The position numbers and the translations under genes are program-made. The notes below the pieces were generated by a model. That model was not told the DNA's origin. It did no database searches and worked only from the letters and a program-made list of their open reading frames with translations. DNA of 64,000 bases, from assembly GCA_905178155.1 (NCBI GenBank), contig CAJINV010000014.1, forward strand, positions 1,040,393-1,104,392, in the 5' to 3' direction. This DNA is from Amoebophrya sp. A120 (Eukaryota; Protista; Dinoflagellata). This document shows, in pieces, positions 56,292 to 64,000 of the stretch; positions within the stretch are counted from its first letter, which is position 1; each line of letters starts with the position of its first letter.

Positions 56292-57702
56292 CAGTAGGCG
56301 AGATTTGGATGCCTCCAGCACAACAAATAAAATATTGAAAAGTTGTGCACGACCGACCTCCAGGTTCTTGTGCCTGCATCCCGCGGCAAAATAGTCCTCT
56401 CGAGCCTTTGCGCTGTTTCGCGAACCGAAACATACTTTTTTGGCGGTGTACTGGTATCCGAATCAGAATTCTTTCCGAAAAAGCAATCTTTGTATCCTCG
56501 TGCTTATCTCTTCTAAACTGGGTTGTGTTTAGCGGAATCGTCGAGGTGTGTCGTTTTCAGGTGGCAGTGTGCGGAATAAAATTCGTCCTGTCCGTATTGG
56601 TGCTCGCGAAGGACTGATTTGAGTTCAACAACTGCAAGCCGAAAGTTGTGATGTGCTATGGCAATTCGTTTGTTTTCCGGGGTATATATATAAGATGCTT
56701 GCTCTCGTCTTTCTTCTCTTTCCTTTCGTACAACAAAGTGAAAATTTCACTTCATGATCACCAGTGAAAGAAGATTAATACAGTCGTACAAAGTTGTGAA
56801 AATCGTTCACCCTGCTCACCAGCGTCGTAATTGCAAAAAAGTCTTGCAGGAGTCGTGCAAAGTTCGTGACCTCGAGGGGCACATGAAGGGATGTGGTGTG
56901 GCTGCTTCTTGGCGCATTGATCAAACATCACCCCGGATGCCCCTGAGGGCATCAATTTTCCTCTCATTAATTAAAAACAGCTTCCGCCCTTTTTTTTATT
57001 TGGTGCTGCATGATAGACGGATGCGAAAAGCAAAAGAAAAGACTCAGCAGGGGCTCAAATCCATAACTAGCGCGAGGCCGAGGAGATCAACGACATCGAG
57101 GGCGCATGATTCCGATTTCTTTTTTCAAGAAGAAGAAAGGGGGGAAATTGAGCATCAACTAAATAGGCATGATAATATGTATGCGGGGCCCCTTTTTTGC
57201 TCTTGCTTCTTGGCTACAAGGTCTGGTAGGGACTGTTTCTCTCGGAGTTTGCTTCTGTTCCCTCCTTTGAGTTGTATTTTTTGAGAAGTCCATACTAGAT
57301 GCGTCTGTGCAATAGGAGCCTCTTCTTAGCTCCTAGTAGCCAGCGGAATCATGCAGTTCACTACTGGCAAACCCGCACCGAACTTCCTCAAATGAGATTT
57401 TTGACTTGTAGGCAGTAAGCAAAAAGCTCCAAAAGTTATAGAGACGACGAAGCGCATATGAGTTGCCCATATGTGATTCTTGTATGACTCAAAATCCCTC
57501 CCAATAACTGGAAAGCTTTATTGTAAAAAAGTATAACAAGACAAAGAAACAAAAGCTGAGTCCAGTAAAGCTTTCCTGTATTCGTCTCTCTATAACAGCG
57601 CCAAAGAGCAGCGCTGCCCGTCCAGATGCACGCAGCATCTACAGCTATCCATCTAGAGTCCACAAAATTGCAAAGATCCCTGTGATCATTTTTTTCCGCC
57701 CT

Positions 57703-58076
57703 TTAGGTTAGATAGGAGGTGTCAGGGGGCGAGGTAGTGATATAGGCTCGCACACCTGAGGACGTAGGCTCCCTTACTAGCTGTATGTGGGTCATTCCCG
57801 ACGGTGGAGCGTGGTTTTATATGAGAACCAGGTAAGGCTTCACTGCCGAAACGACGAAGAAACGTTGGTCCAGCGTAGCACTGTCAAATGGCGACCGAAC
57901 CTATGCACAGCTAAGGTTTTCTAGCCACGGCAGTGTTGCTCACTCCGTACCGGGTCCCGTGCGAGCAACCGTAGCCAGCGAAGTGGAGAGGGAAACCACT
58001 GTTCAGACGTTACCGGAGAAATTTGGTAGCGATTGGATCCCGGGAGCGCACCCACAGAACTTGACCATGAACCTGT
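57703..58076 (+). ncRNA. candidate structured RNA (unidentified), possibly a retroposed element
   Basis: Long-range stems taggtt/aacctg, gtcagg/cttgac, gctccc/gggagc, tgtgggt/acccaca, cactgccg/cggcagtg; hairpins tggtttt/agaacca, gttgctc/gagcaac, agtgg/ccact, gttacc/ggtagc; flanked by gatccc..gatcatttt direct repeats. Confidence 0.45.
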
Positions 58077-58188
58077 GAAGAACACGACGGCAGCGATCCC
58101 CGATCATTTTCATCAAAACTCCGATCAGAAGTTGCTATTGTGATCTTTATAAGTTTATGGCTAAGATTATGTTTTCAAAAAAAAGTGA

Positions 58189-61100
58189 GTGGAAAAGAGC
58201 TTTGGTCTGCTATTACGTTTAGTCATCAGCAGTCCACCTTTCACGGCTCATAATTCTTCTCCGGTCGTTCCAGTTTACAACCCTGTTGTAGTTTCAGCCC
58301 TGAGAATTACTAAGAAGAATAAAGCAGGTGCAACAACAAGTAGAGCCGCAGGTTCTACTTCAAGCGCGCGTGCGGGCGACAGGATCGTGAGGACCGGGAA
58401 GAAGGTGATCGGTGCAACAGCCTCCAGCTCTCGCGCAGTTGTTCCTCGTCCTCCAGCAATTGATGTAGAGCAAATGGCTCCATTCCCAGCACCGCAGCGA
58501 GAGGCGGACGAAGGGGTTGCTCTACTTCCCACTGCTTTCGCCCCGTCTACCTCTTCTTTCTTGGGGGAGAAGCTGCAAAAGGTCCGGGCCGCTGCTGTTA
58601 TCAAGGGTGAAGTAGAACAAGAAGAGTCGAAAATACAGGGTCCAGCACCGCCTGTAGTCACCTCTCTGCTCCAGGTGGACCCTGCAGTTTCAGCACCTGC
58701 TGTCACTCCTCCCGTGCTGCGGGCAGACAGCACTCGGTCCGAAAGCACCGGCTCAACGAGGACAGCTGGTGATCACCCGGAGCAGAATCTGCCTAACAAC
58801 GAGGATTCGCTGTGGAAGCCCGTCGGCGGCGGGGCCGCCCTGCCGAGGCTGCCGGAAGGGCCCTGGCCGAACTACTGGCCCGTTCAGGTGGAGGCGCGAA
58901 ACCGGTTTTCTGTCGCTCACGAACAAGTGCGGGTGGACAACGCGCCGATGCTATCCCGAGGATAAAACGCTGTTACTTGACCCATAGCTGTTGTACCCGA
59001 TCGAAGTTGTCAAGATGATGGGATGAACGCTGCTAATACTTACAGCATCACAAATGAACACGCAGCAGTTCTTTTGGGAGCCAAGCATGACAAAGTTGGG
59101 TCCAGCACTCGGCCATCGTCGTGGCTAAGGCTAGCTGGCCTAGCTGCATCACAAATCGTCCATGCTCTCATGCTGTTGATTAGAGCATGAGAATACCTTG
59201 CGTTGTTATGTAATACCATTGAAAATATACTATGGCCCTCATGGCCGCATGAGACACTTGCTACACATGATCCCGGACGACTTGCATGACGAGTATATGT
59301 GGGGTCGTGGCTGCGTTTTTGATCAGGATAGATGCCCGCCTGTGTGGAAGCCTTGCCGTACCACACGTTGGTGACCACAACGGCGCACTTATGGAAAGGG
59401 AAAAGTACGTACACTTTACACATTTTTCGTTGTGATGTTGCAGGACAAGCAAGACAAAATGCCCGAAATGCTGCTCGCGAGCCTCTCTCCCTGCGTGTTT
59501 TCGCTAACGAAGTTTCCACCTAATTGCAGGTTTGCTTATTCTCTGTCATGCAGAGCAAGCTTGCTGAACCCAACCTGAATGTCGTGGGCGTGCAACTACA
59601 AATATTTTAAAGTGTAACACTACTTTTTCCTTGAATAGCACTATGCTTACGACGAGTGGCAGGTCGATGGGCGGTTTGAAAACTTGTGGGCGCGGTGTGA
59701 ACGGTACTGCCTAGAGGACTACAAGACGTGCCGGGCCTGGCAGTGGGAGATGTTGCTCTCCATCACTTCTACAGGACCCGCGGAACGGACGAGCAAGTGT
59801 CGGCGCTACGACGCTGCGAGCCCCGTTTTCGAAGTTCCGCAAGCACCGGATGAGCAGCTTACCCTCACCGTCAACGACCACGAGGACGCGCAGGTGCCGG
59901 CAGTGGTGGTGGGCCGTTGCATATGCAACAAAAAAACTGTGTAAGTGTAACTCTGTAATGCAGAATATGCAACAGAGTTACAACGCCTGTCTTGCCACAC
60001 AACCACGAAGTCCTTTTTTCATGTGTGTTTTCCCTTACAAGCCGCGCATGACTTCATGTAGAGCAAATTTGTGATGCTGTCAGCCAAAGAAACTTACACT
60101 TACACACTTTTTTTCTTGGATATTGCATCCCAGACGTGCACCGGCTCGCCACCATGGACCTGTTGGAAGTTGCGCCGCGCGGTGAAGTATCAAATATAAA
60201 AGTGTCTGGGTCTGGAAGAATGCCATTTGTCATGCTAAATCCGAAGCATGCAAAAATCTGTGTTGCATGATTACCAAAAGGAGTCCAGTTTTGACCAAGT
60301 CGGGAGGGAGTTTCTCATGCAGGATAGGCATGAGAGAGATCGCACAGAATCTGTCATGCTAGGTCCCGCATTCCAGACCTCATGGGTCATGGAAAAGCTG
60401 CATGACAAATCGCGCATTCTTCCAGACCCAGACATTTTTGCATTTGATATGAAGAGGAGTACTCCCTGCCCCTGCAGCCCTTGGTCTTTGATCCGGGGCC
60501 CCCAATTCGTTTCCCGCCAGCTATGCTGACTGCAGCGCAGATAAGTACCAACCACAATGGAATCCCGAGCAAACCCTTGCACTACGAGGCGGGTGGGGAG
60601 ACAAAATGGCCTTCTACCTGCAGCCATACAGGAGGGGCGGGACCGGGGCAGCTGTTATGGTGGCGGATCCAGTTCGCCGACGGGGAGGCACACCACGTGT
60701 CTCGCCTGGATTTGTTCAATCGCCAAGATTGCTGTCAACAGCGGCTGAACCAAGCGATTGTCTGGCTGGACCCGCCGATCTCTGCCTTATGGATTGTAAA
60801 AATGTCTGGGTCTGGAAGATTCCAACTTGTCATGCTAAATCTGAATCATGCAGAAATCTGTGTTGCATGAGTGCCAAAAGGTGTCCACTTTCGGCCAACT
60901 TTGGAGGGAGTTTCTCATGCAGGATAGGCATGGCAGAGACCTCACAGACTCTGTCATGCTAGTTCCCGCATTCCAGGCCTCACGAGTCATGGAAAACCTG
61001 CATGACAAGTTCACGCTCTTCCAGACCCAGACATTTTTACATTTGATATGCCTTCATGGGAATGGAAATAAACGAGGATGACCCGGCAAACTACAACGCG

Positions 61101-64000
61101 ATCGGGGAGACGTTGCACGAACTATCAACTGTAAAAATGTCTGGGTCTGGAAGATTCTGACACTTGTCATGCACGTTTTGCATGAGCCCTGATGTCTGTG
61201 ATGCATGCCCTAGCATCACAGATTTTTTGGGAGCTTCTTGATGCCTATTCCGCATGACAGATGCCGTCTCCGCGTAGCAAAAATTACATTCCTTTTGGTA
61301 CTCATGCAATACAGATTTTTCTGGAATCGAAATGCAGCATCACAAGTTGCATTCTTCCAGACCCAGACACTTTTACATTTGATACGAACTGCTCTTCGAC
61401 ATGCAGTTCTCGAGGGAGGGTGTGGATTTTATCCGACTTGGCAACGTGCCCGACGGTCGAGGCGGGGGTCGCGCAATCCCTCTGGACCAGGGGCGCTTGG
61501 CACGTAAGCAGCCTGTGCGGCGCGTGTATGTGACGCCGCATGAGGACATGCGGGACGTCTTCACCATCTGCGGGGCTCACCTGTACGGCCCTCCCGGGAG
61601 CGTCACAACCTCGCAGCTTAGTCTGCAGGCGGCACGGGAGATGCCGCTGCCCTTCTTATCAAATGTAAAAGTGTCTGGGTCTGGAAGATTGCCAGGTTTG
61701 TCATGCACATTTTGCATGACTCCTGATGTCTGTGATGCATGTCCTAGCATCACAGATTTTGTGGGGGCTTCCTGATGGGTATACCGCATGACAAATGCTC
61801 TTTCCGTGTAGCAAAACTTGGACTCTCTACTTTGCTGCTCATGCAATACAGATTTTTTTAGAATCCAAAATGAAAAACAGCATGACAAGTTGGATTCTTC
61901 CAGACCCAGACATTTTTGCATTTGATGCCTCTTCATCCCCTGCGACTCGCGGTTTTTCGGAAACGCCGTGTGGCACAATTTGAATGTACGCAGGGCGGAC
62001 GTACAGGAGGGCTCGTCTTCATCGTCGAAAGCCCGCCGGTTTGCGGATTTTTCGTCCGAGCTGAAGGGGTACCGGCTGCGCGACTGTCCGGACGGTTTTG
62101 ACCGGCTCGCGAGCTGTTTGGTCACCGAACCCGGGTTGGCTGGTACCCGTGCACCTCCTGCTGTGTTTGCAGAAAACATCACGCACATGGACGTGTTTTC
62201 GTACACCGAGGAACTTTTGAACAATGACCAGCCAATACACCCACGCTGCTCTGAACAGTGCGGCTGTGAAGACGCTGCAATTACCGCCGGCGTGCCAATG
62301 CCACTGACGGTAGAGCGGTGGAAGAACCAGCGCCAGCCGGCTTACGAAGCAAACTACCAGGTGGTGGAGACAGATCGCTACCTTTCGGAGCAAACGCCGC
62401 CGCCCATCGCCGCTCCGGAACGGGTTTTCGGTGCGAACGCCACGATGGAGTGCAGCGGTTGCGCCGCAACCCCAGGCGCGCGGCCGTTTGAGTGCTCGGG
62501 AGAGTTACTGTCGTCCAGTCGGGCTTCTGGTTCTTCTTGCACGGTGCTGGACCTGCATGACGGGACCGTTTCGGAGGAGTTTGTCGGAGTGTGTTGCGAA
62601 TTCGACAAAAACTACTACGAAATGAACGAGGCCGTAGTTCTCGACGATGCAAAAAATGATCCGACAGCGAAGATGTGCACCCTGGCCAGCAGCCTGGTCG
62701 GGAAGGGCAAGACGTTCGGGCTGACCAACTACTACCTCTTCCACCCCGAGTCGTACCCAACCTGCAGGGCGGTGCCGACCTGGGTCCGGGACTTTGTCCT
62801 GAACCCGGCCCCCTGTCGCGACGGGGACTGCGGGAATCGCGCGGGGAACGTCTGCGAGAAATGTGATGGAGCACGTACAACTGAACTTGCAAGGCAAAAC
62901 GCACTAGTAGCTAGGAATGATGGTGGAGGAGAGCATGGGACCACTACATCTACTCCAGATGTCGACCGTGGAACAGAAAACGACGCGGAAGAGGATGCTG
63001 AGACCACTACTACCTCAGGTCCGGAAGAAAGAACACCTCTACGTCATCTTCTAGCAGAAGGAACTGCGTCATCTACTCCCCCCTTCCGTGGTCTGGCCTG
63101 CTGCAAGAAGCCACTCCCACGACCGCTCCCCCCGTCCGTCCTCGTGCTCCAGAGTTGCCACGGAGCGCTCCAGTCTAATCACACGGCGTCCAAAGCGCCA
63201 CTCTCTGTCCGGGTTCTCAGCGACCTTCCGGAGGAACCGTGGTTCGAGGAGGACGTTTTGTTTACTGACAAAAATGGGGAGGAAAAAGTAGTCTTGGTGA
63301 ACCCTGTCGTCGTGGAGGCAGACGACGTCTCGAACGCAACTACTACCGTTGCTACAATTTCTCATGCACCTCCCACGATGAATCCAACCCTTATCTATGG
63401 AAGGCGAAACTTCAAACGGCTCGTGCTGCACCACAAGAACCACACCGACGGCCTGTGTCTGGAGCGAATTACGTGGAACGGCGTGGACCTTTTCTACACG
63501 GGGAACAGAACCTGGTTCGATCGCATGCTGGATCATAAATCACACAACGACTACTTCGAACCGCAGGTGAAGGAATTCAATTTGGAAAACCTACCAGCAA
63601 CAGCCCCGGCTTCCTGGCAGGAAGAGAATTCCCCACATGTACGCCGCTTCCTGGCACAGGATGCTGGTGCAGGTCCACCCCCCGAAGCGAGTTCTGCTGT
63701 AGTGGCTGCTACTAACAGTGGTCACACCGCGGCGGAAGGACAAGGAGGAAATGATACAGCAGCAGATCATTCTCATGCCACTGTACGACCACCAGTGCAG
63801 GAGGGGAGCGCTGCTGCTGCTGGGAGGGTGCAAGACGGCGTAGCAGAAGTATCAACTGTAAAAGTGTCTGGGTCCTCTGGAAGAATTCATGTTTGTCATG
63901 CTTGTCCGGCATGACTCTTAAATCTGTCATGCACGTTACCCAAGAGCTCCGCTTTTCTGTGATGCAGAAGCGCAGTTTGTCATGCAGAATAGGCAACACC
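58189..64000 (+). CDS. large Cys-rich protein with a PAN-like module and an F-type lectin (fucolectin/F5-8 type C) domain; at least 8 introner introns; start uncertain, continues past the window
   Basis: ORFs 58189, 59332, 59684, 60481, 61401 and 61968 plus small exons join in frame; CSHT...WWRIQF...VSRLDLFNRQDCCQQRL...FTICGAHLYG; CERYCLEDYKTCRAWQW...CRRY. Confidence 0.8.
58952..59330. mobile_element. introner (379 bp, B-like ends)
   Basis: tatcccgaggataaaacgc / gcgtttttgatcaggata; repeat gatgc. Confidence 0.9.
59390..59637. mobile_element. introner (singleton)
   Basis: tatggaaagggaaaagta / tactttttccttgaata; repeat gcact. Confidence 0.88.
59922..60122. mobile_element. introner (singleton)
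   Basis: tatgcaacaaaaaaactgtgtaagtgtaa / ttacacttacacactttttttcttggata; repeat ttgca. Confidence 0.9.
60188..60449. mobile_element. introner, family A
   Basis: Family A TIRs; repeat tgaag. Confidence 0.92.
60788..61048. mobile_element. introner, family A
   Basis: Family A TIRs; repeat tgcct; closely similar to 60188-60449. Confidence 0.92.
61123..61384. mobile_element. introner, family A
   Basis: Family A TIRs; repeat cgaac. Confidence 0.92.
61657..61927. mobile_element. introner, family A
   Basis: Family A TIRs, right end gatg; repeat cttct/cctct. Confidence 0.9.
63850..64000. mobile_element. introner, family A, cut by the window end
   Basis: tatcaactgtaaaagtgtctgggtc...; nearly the reverse complement of the right half of 28838-29089. 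Confidence 0.88.

Noticed and set aside
57700-57712. tttaggttag as a telomere seed or telomerase template
   Set aside because: Too short, and a template would be on the strand opposite to the one favoured by the G-U pairs.
49211-58070. Definite RNase P/MRP, TPP or cobalamin riboswitch, hammerhead or twister call for the two structured regions
   Set aside because: Only partial motif resemblance; consensus positions and helix order do not fit.
5325-61927. TA target-site duplication (Tc1/mariner MITE) reading of the element ends
   Set aside because: A separate 5-bp repeat lies outside the TA ends, and only removal of element + 5 nt restores frames, so TA belongs to the TIR.
5325-63900. Recurring TGTCTGGGTCTGGAA / TTCCAGACCCAGACA as a CRISPR or bacterial repeat array
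   Set aside because: Copies are inverted pairs ~250 bp apart bounding dispersed elements; there is no regular repeat-spacer period and no cas genes.
5382-63999. Many small ORFs with KMSGSGR, LPDPDIF or FQTQTF peptides as a protein family
   Set aside because: They are translations of family A TIRs in different frames and strands.
1-64000. Autonomous transposase for the introners; tRNA or rRNA genes
   Set aside because: No DDE-like ORF between matching TIRs, and no tRNA or rRNA signature recognised by eye.

Overview
Eukaryotic, GC3-rich, gene-dense DNA with every credible gene on the + strand. The organisation matches what I recall for the parasitic dinoflagellate Amoebophrya (Syndiniales); that assignment is inference. 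The dominant feature is 35 short (about 130-380 bp) non-autonomous inverted-repeat elements inside coding sequence. Most start TAT(C/G), end (C/G)ATA and are flanked by a 5-bp direct repeat, and none offers a frame-restoring GT-AG pair. Removing each element plus one repeat copy joins the broken ORFs into continuous genes, so they behave as non-canonical introner-type introns. Reconstructed genes: a ~5,190-aa IQ/EF-hand-like protein, a Cys-rich repeat protein, two temptin-domain copies, an EF-hand-like protein, two PAN/Apple proteins plus a fragment, an unknown protein, a Methyltransf_24-type methyltransferase and an F-type lectin/PAN protein running off the end. The 25-47 kb region is a mosaic of local duplications whose junctions carry a 62-bp motif, ending in a 5'-truncated RT-RNase H retrotransposon. 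Two intergenic segments (~49.0-49.4 kb and ~57.7-58.1 kb) look like related structured RNAs. All calls are by eye; no searches were run.
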